This document shows positions 26,837 through 37,873 of a DNA stretch of 64,000 bases, piece by piece. Origin of the DNA: Convolutriloba macropyga (taxonomy: Eukaryota); assembly GCF_964194025.1 (NCBI RefSeq), contig NC_134474.1, positions 62,434,001 through 62,498,000 on the forward strand, given 5' to 3'. A program made the translations under genes and the position numbers. The notes under the pieces are model-generated. The model was given only the letters and a program-made list of their open reading frames with translations. It had not been told where the DNA came from and did no database searches. Within the stretch, counting starts at the first letter, position 1; each line of letters opens with the position of its first letter.

Positions 26837-27969
26837 GCCTTGTGGGTAAGAGCCACAAATCCATACCTCTAGATCATCTGGGAGCTGGGAGAATTTTTTC
26901 CGTTTGTGATCTCATGAGCTCAGCGAATTTTTCAGAGCTTTATATGGGAGTTTCATTTTTTAAAAAATTTTTGTGGTATGCAGCCTTGCATTTTGATTGA
27001 ATATGCATATCGTCGTGGTAGGAAAGAAGTACTCAGACCGGGAGTCGAACAATGGCCAGTCTTCAAATGTGTTCAGTTTTTGCGGTGTGGAGCTTTGCAT
27101 AATGGTTTAATGTGCATGTAGTCTTGAGAAGTCGAATGTTTACAGACCATGAGTTGAACCCAGGGTTTTTAAAATCAGAATCACAAATTCTAGCCTGTAG
27201 ACTATGTTTAATATGGTAGCTTGAATGTCAACTGTAATCGGTTTAGGTTGGAGATAATAGAACTGGTTGTAGTACGGGTTGTAGTTCAGCCTTTCATTTT
27301 TTTGCAATATGGAGCTTTTCAATGTGCATATAGTCATGAGAAATAATTAATTTTTCTCGGTCGGGAAGTCGAACCCGGGTCCTTTAAATAGGCGTTACTC
27401 GCCTTGTGGGTAAGAGCCACAAATCCATACCTATAGATCATTTGGGAGCTGGGAGAATTTTTTCCGTTTGTGATCTCATGAGCTCAGCGAATTTTTCAGA
27501 GCTTTATATGGGAGTTTCATTTTTTAAAAAATTTTTGTGGTATGCAGCCTTGCATTTTGATTGAATATGCATATCGTCGTGGTAGGAAAGAAGTACTCAG
27601 ACCGGGAGTCGAACAATGGCCAGTCTTCAAATGTGTTCAGTTTTTGCGGTGTGGAGCTTTGCATAATGGTTTAATGTGCATGTAGTCTTGAGAAGTCGAT
27701 TGTTTACAGACCATGAGTTGAACCCAGGGTTTTTAAAATCAGAATCACAAATTCTAGCCTGTAGACTATGTTTAATATGGTAGCTTGAATGTCAACTGTA
27801 ATCGGTTTTTAGGTTGGAGATAATAGAACTGGTTGTAGTACGGGTTGTAGTTCAGCCTTTCATTTTTTTGCAATATGGAGCTTTTCAATGTGCATATAGT
27901 CATGAGAAATAATTAATTTTTCTCGGTCGGGAAGTCGAACCCGGGTCCTTTAAATAGGCGTTACTCGCC
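26837..27969. repeat. Near-perfect 564-bp tandem duplication at the array end
   Basis: gccttgtgggtaagagccacaaatccatacc occurs at 26837 and 27401; both copies end ggcgttactcgcc (gcc microhomology). Confidence 0.9.
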
Positions 27970-28234
27970 CTTTTGGGTATCAGATTCCATCTGGGATCTG
28001 CAGACATTCAACTCAATTTCATTGGAATCTTCTTCACGAGTTTTCGAGTGATTTCCAGATAAGTTTATACAGACTTGATAGGATTCTTTGCTGCAAAGCG
28101 TATACGTAACTGTAGATGCTTGGGCTTAAGGTATTAAAACAAATTCACAATCCTTTGGGTTTTTTTGTTTGTTTGATTTCGTTCCATGTTGCCAGAAAGT
28201 GCACCCGTTGGCAACTTCGTTTGTTTGTTTTTAG

Positions 28235-28382
28235 GGTTTCCAGCTGACCTACTTTGTGGACTATGACGAGTGCAGTGTGCAGAATGGAGGCTGTCAGCAC
28301 ACATGCACAAATACAAAAGGTGGATTCATCTGTTCATGCCACGAAGGATTCATTCTACACGAGGATAACAAGTCATGCAAAG
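28235..28382 (+). CDS. tld/BMP1: Tolloid/BMP1 exon: end of CUB3 plus calcium-binding EGF2 ([49 protein letters not shown])
   Basis: ttttag| acceptor and G|gtat donor. Resembles BMP1 [50 protein letters not shown] (recalled, not searched). Confidence 0.92.
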
Positions 28383-29388
28383 GTATCCATCCTATTGTGA
28401 TCATCCAAACCCCCCCCCCCCCCCAAGATTAGTGGGCATATATTTTTTTTTCGGAGTTTTCCGCCCTCCAGTCGCAATTTCTGCGTTGGGGTCTTTTCCG
28501 TTTGTGCCCCCCCCACCCCCAGCTTAGTGGGCGCATATTATTTGCAACCCCAGAAACACGTGAAATTTTTTTACATAATGATTTACCATGTACTGACATT
28601 GCCTGTAATTGGGTGGAGCATTACGTACTGTTTTACACTGTACGGATATAACCTGCCCCTCCAGCGTTTTTTGTTTTTCTGTATAGTAATCTGCTGATAT
28701 ACTAATACATAATTTTTAAGGTGTCGTAAAAACATTTGGGGGGGGGGGCAGAATCGATCCGTACATTGTTGGTAGAGTGCCCCCCCCCCTCCCGTTAGAA
28801 TATGATCATCTTCATTGTTATTTCTGAATCTTTATGATGGTACATAATAGCATAATAGATCCAGTGGCTAGTCTCACGGTTTATTAAGCTACAAAAACCA
28901 TGGTCAGCTCAAAAACACGTCTTTGGGTTGTTCACACATGCTAATGAATACAAAATTCTTTGCCCACGGCCTCAGTTTCCAATTATGAAAACTAGTCAAT
29001 CAGATGGCATGGTCATTGAAATTTAATAACAGTCCTTCGCGTCCAGGTCAAAAGTTGGTAGGTATGTCCAGTCCGAATTAAACGCATCATGGGCTCGTCG
29101 TACTTTCTTAATTATATATTCGGGAATCACATAAGAATATCCTGGACAAAACCGCTCAAAATTTTGGACATGGTGGCACTTTTCTTCTTGAAAAGTTTTA
29201 AAACTAAAATATTTCTGTCTGTGTGCCTCTGGACACGACCGTTTTCAATTTAGAAACGCAGCCTGGATGTTACTGCGGTTTCAGCATCAACATAGTGATA
29301 TTAACCTAAGTTTTTGAAGCAGGGCGTAATGTGCATAATTGTAACATCTTTATTACTTGTTTGGAAGATTTTAGCTTGTGTTTTGCAG

Positions 29389-29502
29389 AGAGTGAGTGCC
29401 ACTTCAACTTGACAGAGAAGCCAGGAGTGATCCAGACTCCCGGATACCCTAACAAGTACCCCAAACAGAAACAGTGCATCTGGAGAATAACCACTGCCCC
29501 AG
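29389..29502 (+). CDS. tld/BMP1: Tolloid/BMP1 exon: CUB4 N-half (ESECHFNLTEKPGVIQTPGYPNKYPKQKQCIWRITTAPG)
   Basis: tttgcag| acceptor and G|gtac donor; phase 1-1 fits its neighbours; CUB signature C...PGYP..YP....C.W.I. Confidence 0.92.
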
Positions 29503-30171
29503 GTACCATAGGCAACAAATTTGATCTGAACTTCTAAATTTTGATCTTTTAGCCAACCTTCCAGCTGTGCCCGTGCATAAAGCAGCAATTTACAATTGAT
29601 TCGACAAAAGTCTGTATTAATAATTTTGGGTCCTGTTGGTTTATTCGTTCTCCTATGTTGTGATCGGATCACTGTGGCTTCATTACGGACCGTTGTTCCT
29701 TACAAATTGGCATATTTAAGGATATGTTGTGAAATTTAATTGCAAAATGGCTCTTAATTACCTCTTAAATGCTTTGATCGAATATCGCTTGGATTTCCTC
29801 TACGGATAATAACAAATACCCAATTATATGTGCTCATGATAACTACTAAAGTATTACGAAACTTTTGCTATCGCCTTCTCCAAGTTATTCAACTACTCGG
29901 CTTTGCCTCGGAGGTTGATAACTTCTTTGTGACGATAATTTCATTTTTACTCCGATTTTTTAGCGATTTGATATTAAGATGTAAATGCTAGAACAAATTT
30001 CTATCTCAAAAATTTTGAATTGATGGACAATTTCTAAGATGTCAAACGATTGTGGACACGACGAGTTTGAAGGAATTAACTCTACAATAATTTCGTCCAA
30101 AATTTTAAATCTTTCGTATTGTTGCGGAGCTGTAAGCTGAGCTCAGCTATAGTGCGGTGCATATGGTTCTT

Positions 30172-31500
30172 TACAATCCAAAGAGTTTGGATTGTATTGG
30201 TGCTGTCTTTTTGTAAGATGTTTTCTTACATTTTCCATGACTTTGATCTTTCGATAACGGTATAAACAAGTAACGCTCAATCGGCATCAATTTTCATTAG
30301 AGGCCCTTCGCTGTTTATAGTAGTCCTACAAGTGCTGCAAATTGTGTAGTGGCTGCGAAGGCCTTATTTTGAGGTTAAAATGTCATTTTAAGGAGTTTTT
30401 GAGCCCCAACTGGCGTTTTTCGTCCTTTTTTGATCAGTCTCAAATTGTTGTTTGTCAAAATTGATAATGGTCTTTTGCAAGGCGCTGTTATTTTTCAGAA
30501 CTATTTTATGAGCTCTATATGTTGGTACTGCAAAGATAAACGTTCAAAATGATACTAATTTTTTTTGCAATTTATTTTTCCAGTTTGTAAATTTTTAAGT
30601 TTTCCAGAATCAGGTGCCTGAAAAACCCCTTTTGTGTTTGATTGCACAAATATGCATAGTTTTTATTGGCAATGGAGCGATTTTGAACAATGGAATATCA
30701 CGAATTCTAGCATTTTTTCAAATAATGATGGCAATTTCTTCAAGTTTTTTTAATGTTTTTTTCCTGCGTTTATGAATTGTACCAAATCCAGGGGGCACGA
30801 AAACTCCTCTAGTGTTCAAGATAGGTTTACTGTGTAGTTTCTAGTGGCAATGGAATGGTTTTCAGTATTTTAATATTGCGAATTATATCACTTAAGAGTT
30901 ATAATTCAAAATTTCTGAAAAGTTATTATTATCATGTTCTGAGTTGATCAATTTCTATGGGCCAGTGAACCGTTTTTAGGATTGAAATTGGGTTAGTGGA
31001 TAGTTTTGTGAGACAGTCAAATGGTTTTGAAAGCATCAATATATCGAATTTCCGCAACATTTGAGATAATCTGCCTTTTTCTCAATTTTTTAAGATCTTT
31101 CCGCAATATCTGTGCTCATTGATCTTAATTCAATGGAACTTATTGTTGTTACAAATGGGTTATTGGCGGATTCTAGAGACCATAAATGGGTTTTCATTAA
31201 TTTAATTTTCCGAAATAAAGAAACTTCCCTCAATTTAAGTATGTTTTTCTTTTTTGGTCAATAAACCTTCTGCAAGGCTTGGGCGCTGGTTAATGGGTAT
31301 ATTTAAATGGATCAATTTTGGCTTTCAGGGTAAAAGTTTAAGAATTTTTGCGATCATAAGTTTTGTGTTTAGTTTGTTTGATTATTTTAGTTTCTCCTAA
31401 TTTGAAATTTTTTTTTAGCTTGCATTGTTCAATTGATCGGCTGATCATAGTTGTTCTTCCTCTACTTACTAGGATCATATATCAGAACTTGTCCTGCTTC
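30172..31500 (+). mobile_element. Helentron-like element (family B), copy without the nested family-C insert
   Basis: 5' hairpin TACAATCCAAA-GAG-TTTGGATTGTA, then TTGGTGCTGTCTTTTTGTAAGAT. Decayed 3' hairpin cagaacttgtcctg at ~31483-31496. Confidence 0.6.
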
Positions 31501-33208
31501 TTTTTTGTTACATCGTCTGAGGGTGTTTTATCGTTTTACACAGCAAAGCTGAAAAAATAGTTTTTTTTCTGAATAATTTCTTCTCACTAAAGGCATTTGC
31601 GCGTGTGACGTCAGTTTTTACTCACTTCAGTTTTTAGGTCATTTGCGGGATTTTATTTTGCTTATGCAGACTTATCTCACTCAAAAATGACCTTCGCACT
31701 TTAAAACTCGTTTAATTTGAATTAGTTTAATGTTAAAGGAACTCATATGTGTAGTAAAGGTCACTAATGAAACGGTTTCTGCTGAATGAGTTTTAGGAAG
31801 TGTTTTTAATTTAGCGCTCAATCTTTTTGAAAAAGCGTCTTGGGCAGCGTTGATAACTTTTTTGATTTTTATCTGTATCTGTTTCTATCTCTATTATACA
31901 GTACGCAAGTTTATTTCTTTTGCAGCTATTCCCTCAGTCTACCGACTATGTTAACGTTTTGACCTTTGAAGACTGTCGTTGCTGGGAAATTGTACTGAAA
32001 ATATCCCCTTTGGTCGAAGTGCACAGAACAATTTTTTCCTTTTTTTAAATGGTCATCAAGTTTTATCTTTTAACACCCTATCTCTTAAGTGATACTTCCT
32101 TTAACCCCAAAAATTTTTGGGCAAGTTGGTATCACTCTCTATCTATATTTTCAATCGTTCTTAGATTTGCTTTTAATCCATTCTTCATTTTCACTGTTAT
32201 TATTGCGATTTCAAAAAAAATTAAAATTGAGGAGACACGGTGAGCAGCTGCACATTAAATTTTGTAAACTAAGGGTATTTTTTGTGACAAAGGCTAGCTT
32301 TGAAAGTTTTGGAAAGATATTATCTCTTGACATATTAGGCGAATCTGTATGGTTACTTTGTACAAGTACACGGGATTTATTTGCGATCAAAGAGCATTAG
32401 TGAAAGTTATCCTCAGCAGAAAAAATGCTGAATAAAGGATTGGAAGGAGAATGTCGGAGTACTAAAAAGGAACACATTACCGAGACAAATATTGAATGTA
32501 ATATGGTTTTTCTTTTTTTAATACGGCAATTAATGGCTATTTGGAACCAAAGTTTCTTTTCTCCAAAAAATGGGTTCACGTTTTTAGAAGATGTGCTATT
32601 AGCTTTGTTGAGGTAGAGCAAGTGTGACGCGTTTTGTTGGTAATAAGAAGAACCTGTGCAATCTGAATGACCAAAATTAAATGTCAATTTTCCTAGCAGA
32701 GATGCTACAATCAGTAGCAAAGATATCATATTTTGAAAGATTGTGAAGTTGTTTGTCAACCCGCTCGTATAATATAAGAAAAATTATGCTGAAATAAACT
32801 GCACGTGCATCTAATTGAACAGATTGTATGTGTTCAAGTCTAAGTTTGTATGGTTTCGAGTTACTTGGCAAATGAAGGGTCGGAATATTGTGCGAATGCT
32901 TACTGTCCACATCTGTCGTACTTGTTTACAATGCTGTTGTCATTGATTACCACAGAAGAAAATTTTTGTGCTGGCATCCGGACATCTTTGGTTGTCTAAG
33001 GAAAATCAATAGCAAATAATAAAACTAGTACTGGTTCTCAACCATGATGCACCATCGGAAAGTTTCTTAGAAAACATACATAATACAAGCGTCGATAGTA
33101 TAGATTCCTAGTTGCTATGTTCTCTGTGGACTGTTTTGCAACAAAAATATGATGATTGTTTATTTTTAGACATTATTATAGAGTATTGACAAACTGTTGG
33201 TTTTATAG

Positions 33209-33435
33209 GTCATCGAGTGTCTCTTCGTTTTGTTGACTTTGCCCTTGAGAACAAAGAGGACTGTTCTTTTGACTATGTCCTCCTCACAGACGGACCAGAC
33301 AGTGCCAATGGGTCAGTGCTGGGCAAGTTCTGCGGGGAGATGAACACCCGACTGGAGACTGCCAAGATATCCCACAGCAATGTCATGACTGTTCACTTCG
33401 TGTCTGATCAGACTGTCGTCACCAGAGGCTTCAAG
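33209..33435 (+). CDS. tld/BMP1: Tolloid/BMP1 exon: CUB4 C-half (HRVSLRFVDFALENKEDCSFDYV...GKFCG...FVSDQTVVTRGFK)
   Basis: ttttatag| acceptor, AAG|gtcag donor, in phase. Confidence 0.92.
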
Positions 33436-33933
33436 GTCAGATTTAAATAACATGATAGCCTATGAGAGTATACGCCTTTAAAATAAACGACTATTGCTGA
33501 AGCCAATAGTTATGTCTCTCTTCTTTTTGCATCCGATGTCTACCCAAATTGCTACTATCGTGATGATGTATGAGTTGGAGGAGGGAGGAGGTAATGGGGG
33601 GGGGGGGATATGAAAGTGGGCTGCCATGAAGATATTTATTGGTATTATTTCGCAACAGAAATAATTGTGATTTGTAAGACAAGGGCTGCCAAAGAATAAA
33701 GTAGAAAGGGCAGAATAATTTCAAAGCAGGGGACGAAATTTGTGAAGATTAAAAATGAATAATCTAGCATGGGGTAATCATCCGAAATAAACCTAGCGTG
33801 AAAAAATTACTTCCCGTAAACACATGCGCAAATGGTGGCAATTTCTAGACAGAAGACGAAAAGATGGGCGTATTGCTTACTTAAAATAAATGGTGAAGAG
33901 AAAAATTCAGTAGCATTGTTTGTGTTTATTTAG

Positions 33934-34116
33934 GCGGAGTATTTCGTAATATGCGGTGGCCGACTTGTTGCGACTGAACATGACCAGCACCTTGTGTCTC
34001 ATGCACTGTACGGAGACACCAACTACCAGAGTGGGGAGAATTGTGAGTGGACAATCGTGGCTCCAGAGGGACACTTCGTTGAGTTCCAGTTCGAACACAT
34101 CGAAATTGAGTGGGAG
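33934..34116 (+). CDS. tld/BMP1: Tolloid/BMP1 exon: CUB5 N-half (AEYFVICGGRL...LVSHALYGDTNYQSGENCEWTIVAPEG...EIEWE)
   Basis: SHALYGDTNY matches the tolloid CUB5 motif SHAQFGDNNY; atttag| and |gtacg splice sites, phase 0-0. Confidence 0.92.
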
Positions 34117-34227
34117 GTACGTTCGCAAACTTAATATCCAGCCTCGGTGATTCCGGATTTTTTATCGTGTTAGATTCTTCATGTTTTAAATTGCTCTCAA
34201 ACGAAGTTTTTAGAAATTATATTAGTC

Positions 34228-34690
34228 CTGTGGTCTTTTTTATGCGATTTTTCGCTTGACTGATTTTTCGTCTCACCCATTTGACTTTTCGACCTCTGAA
34301 ACGAGATAAACGGGTAGCGGTCGGAGGTCATTACTTTTTATTAGAGCCCTAAGCCCTGTTGTACTCTTAAGAATGTGATTCGCCAGAACTGTTTTTGAGG
34401 AGACAATTTCATGGTCTGAAGGGCGGTTCTTAATCTTAAAAGTTTAACCACCGCATCAGCCCCCCTCCCCCCCCCCCCCCGCATTAACCCCCCCTCCCCC
34501 TCAAAACTCATTCTCCATCGTCCTCCACATCTCGATTTTAACCCCCTCCCTTCTAGCCTTCGCAACCCTACCCCCTTGCTTGCCCCTTAAGCACACACGC
34601 ACGCACCAGTAACCTCCCCTAATGCTAGCATCCCTAGCTTTAATCCCTAATGCTAGCCCAAGCTGACTACTACCGAACCTAACCCCTGGC
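34228..34690. repeat. Dispersed C-rich repeat, also at ~59640-60100
   Basis: Shared ttttatgcga(t/c)ttttt(c)gcttgac and gaggagacaatttcatggt.tgaagg..ggttcttaat.ttaaaagttt.acc, C-tracts and gcatcccta; class unknown. Confidence 0.7.
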
Positions 34691-35460
34691 GAGTCCTTCG
34701 AGAGAAATTAGCCTGAAATTAATCGGTTATGTTTTTAATGTTTTTTATTTTTTTTTTGCAGAACCAGCACAATTGAAGATAAGACTTCTCGCGCGTGTTT
34801 AGAGGATATATTTAGCAAATGCAGCTTTATTTCCTATTGCAGTTTATTAAACAATGCTAAATCTAGTTGTCCAAGTGAAAGATTCTGACGACACTGTTGG
34901 TGATTTTATCGGCGATTTCATTTTTCTAAGCCTCTCAGCAATACACAGTTCTGGTTTCCACGCAGATTTCAATTTTTCAGAGCTCGGTTGAATCCAGCTG
35001 AATTCCAAAATTCGCATGAATCTATAATAAAAATTCTGCCGAAGTTTGGTTCAAACAGTAGAATAAATTCTGTGTTCAATTTCTGCTGTACTTAATAATT
35101 GGCGAGGTCAATGCAGAAAAAAATTTCGGGGTATTATTAATGTCGAGGTTTCTGTTGAGACAGTTATGTTTTCGTTTTGACTGTATTTTGGTAATGAAAA
35201 CTCAAAAGCTTTCTGGAAAATGTTTTTAATTGCTCTCGGAACAAGTTTGAAGCAATAATTCTAAACGTGTTGGTCTTTTTATGCAAAGTTTTTGCTAGAC
35301 CGTTTTTTCGCTTTGTTTTTTTTGCTTTTAGAGCATTCCGTGACTCCTGAAATGACTTTTTACGCTTTACTTCATTTTGTGTTATTTCAATTGCTATCAA
35401 TCTGAAAAAAGTTTGCTGCTAATATAAAAGCAAAGCGATTGTGAGTTGTTGACTATCAGA

Positions 35461-35534
35461 GCCGTTGTAGCTTAGTATTTAAGGCATGAGACTTCTATAC
35501 TGGAGGTCGCGGACTGCAACCCCTATGAGGCAGG
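35461..35534 (+). repeat. Degenerate tRNA-derived (SINE-like) head
   Basis: GCCGTTGTAGCTTAGT (A-box-like), then GGAGGTCGCGG and a decayed B box; tRNA-length; stems do not pair. Confidence 0.35.
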
Positions 35535-35718
35535 ATTTTTGCACCCATAAAAATTTCTGAACTACACCCCTGAATTAATTTTCTCCGCCTGTCGTTCGAA
35601 AGCAATTCGTCCGACGTTAATCAGTTTATGTTTTAATTTTGAGATAATGTCGTTTTTAAAGAGCAGGTTTGATCCAAAAACTTCAGAAAAGAGTAAAAAC
35701 TTTTAATAAATTTTTCAG

Positions 35719-36075
35719 GAACAATGCAAATACGACATGGTTGTCATCTACGAAGGTCAACTTGTGAACCCATCCAGCCACAAAGCCACCGTCTGTGGGG
35801 ATAAGGTGCCAGAGGGAGCCATCCGAAGTAGCCAGAACTCTCTTCTGGTCGTGTTCAAAACAGACGACACCCTCAACAAGAAAGGCTTCTCTGCCATCTT
35901 CAGATCCAGACCAATCAGAGCCATAATTGGAGGGGGAACTTTGCCACACAGCCGGACAAACAACGCCCGAAACAACAACAACAATCAATATGTCGATTTC
36001 CCCTTTTATGGACAAGAGAAAGAAAATGGAAATGAACTGGACGGAGATTCGACCTATCTAAACGTCTACACGTAG
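35719..36075 (+). CDS. tld/BMP1: Tolloid/BMP1 terminal exon: CUB5 C-half (EQCKYDMVVIYEG...CG...FKTDDTLNKKGF) plus C-terminal tail, TAG stop
   Basis: tttttcag| acceptor; FKTDDTLNKKGF resembles BMP1 FHSDDTITKKGF. Confidence 0.92.
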   Translation, partial: EQCKYDMVVIYEGQLVNPSSHKATVCGDKVPEGAIRSSQNSLLVVFKTDDTLNKKGFSAIFRSRPIRAIIGGGTLPHSRTNNARNNNNNQYVDFPFYGQEKENGNELDGDSTYLNVYT

Positions 36076-36319
36076 CCCTCTTTCGGCTGAAATTTCAATT
36101 GTTTATTTAGAATTTTTGATTTTGCGATTGAATTATTCGGATTTTGTTACGACTTTGCAAAAGAATTCCACAGTTTGAGCGAAATGATGCGAATGGCCTG
36201 TTGCTTGCGTGTATGATACTTTGTTTATCAGTTTCAGAAAATACTTGGAATTCTATCAGAAGTTTTGGATCAATATTCGGTCCTAATTTCTACTTTATCT
36301 ACATTGTTTAAAGATCGAC

Positions 36320-36325
36320 AATAAA
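36320..36325 (+). terminator. Probable polyadenylation signal of the tolloid gene
   Basis: AATAAA ~245 nt after the stop codon. Confidence 0.5.
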
Positions 36326-37504
36326 TTAAACAAAGCGCCCCCGTACACACAACTAGCTTGCCCAAAAAATCTTGATTTTGTGAAATGTGAAAAATGTGGC
36401 AATAATTTGAATTTAGTAGGTGTAATTTAGTAGTGAAGACAGAATTGCTAATTTTAATTTGGTTAATTCAATTTTCCACTTTTCTATCTCTTTTCTTTGA
36501 TTTCTGCTTCCCTGTCATCTTATATTCCCTTCTCTTATTCGCTAATCAGTTTCTTGTACCATGTCAAATGTTAAAAATTGAGCCTAAACAGCTTCTTAGC
36601 CCTACCGTTATTTAAACTTAATGTCAAGTTTGCGTTTATTTATAAAGAAATTTGCAAATTTTGTAAATTAACGAATTATTTTTACAAATATTTGCAAACA
36701 GGTCTGAATATTTTTGTCCCTAATTGTTAGTGGTTGGCCTTGTAGGGTGATTTTACCACACACATAGTTTACAAGTTGTATTTTATACATTTTTCAATTG
36801 AATTAAGCAATCTCCGAGAAACAGTTAGGAAAATAATCCACATTGCTAAATAAAGCAGAGCTCTACCAGAACGAACTCTTCCAATCGTTTGCAAATGTTT
36901 GCAAACTTAACATTAATTTGCAAAACTTTGCAAGTTTGATGTTGTCAAGAGATCATTTTCAAAAATTCTCAATTTTGGCATTATCGAGCAAAAAATTGCA
37001 AATTTTGAATTAGAGTAGTTCAACTGTAACGCCTATCGACAAAAAGGCCCACCATAATATCTAGCAATATAGACTGGAATTATGCTACGTTTATAGTACA
37101 CCACGAATGGGGCGATGAATGCAGTAATTCTAGGTCCCTATGTATTATAAAACATAGTTCTGGGAAGCCCAATACAATTAAAGCTCTAATATAAAGACGC
37201 TTCTGCGCGAGGCTAAGCTTTCATTGGCGAAGGGTTCCCAGAATTAAATTGTTGTATTCAAACTTAGACAAGAAGGAATTTTTTCAATTCATTATGACAC
37301 AATAAGCTGCCTAAAACAAACACCTTATGTTTTTCCTTGAAAAAAAATTGTTACTTGTAATAACACCTAATTTGATAGTTAATCATTTCTTCTGTTTTAA
37401 GAGTTAAATCTTGAATAGATTTGCATTTTGAAAGCAGCATTTTTTGCTATATAGTAACCGCTCTTCAGAAATTTGCCAGACTTGCCTGAAGGCGTTGAAC
37501 AGTT

Positions 37505-37873
37505 GGTGTCCCGCTTTTTCACCCCTATGAATTTAACCCCCTATCATTTTACCCCCGATTTATTCAAACCTGTATCATTTAACCACTCTATATTTTAACC
37601 CTTCTATCATTTCACCCCGATTTTAGTCTTTCTATAAAATAAGGATAATTAAATTAGCAATATAATCATTTGGCCATGCCTCGTGGGCCATGGCCATGCC
37701 TCAGCAACCGAACGTGGGATTAATTTATCCACTTAGTTATGACAAAACATGTCTTTAATGTTGACTGCTAAGTGGCGGGATGAAATGATAGAGGGGTTAA
37801 ATGATAAAGGGGTTAATAAATCGGGGTTAAATGATAGGGGGTTAAATGAATAGGGGTGAAAAGAAGTAGAACC
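37505..37873. mobile_element. MITE with long modular TIRs and an 8-bp TSD (Merlin- or MULE/Foldback-like)
   Basis: TSD gaacagtt at 37497-37504 and 37874-37881. ~100-bp inverted arms built of tatcatttaacccc / ggggttaaatgata subrepeats; GG...CC ends. Confidence 0.8.

Larger units (their letters stand above)
1..27969 (-). repeat. Tandem array (macrosatellite) of tRNA-Glu-derived units; basic unit ~310-330 bp with two tRNA-like copies plus spacer
   Basis: The recurrent + strand motif tcccagaccgggagtcgaacccgggccttgtgggtgaaagccacaaatcctaaccgctagaccatctggga is the reverse complement of a canonical eukaryotic tRNA-Glu(TTC). It alternates with a degenerate copy (ccaggcgggagttgaatccgggccttgtgagtgcgtgctaa...tagaccatctggga) and a conserved spacer (gtagattgtcaagtgtaattgtatcaactcggagggaagttgaatcgtacaaa...ttttactcatgaagtaaaa). 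The array continues past the left edge of the window. Confidence 0.95.

Noticed and set aside
47-27337. About 100 short repetitive ORFs on both strands
   Set aside because: They are translations of the tRNA-derived repeat; frames are not maintained between units and no domains are recognisable.
1-27969. CRISPR array
   Set aside because: The spacers are homologous to one another, the repeats are tRNA-derived, there are no cas genes and the context is eukaryotic.
36619-36935. 15-bp inverted repeat with clustered TTTGCAAA motifs
   Set aside because: Possibly an old MITE, but no TSD or clear ends can be defined.
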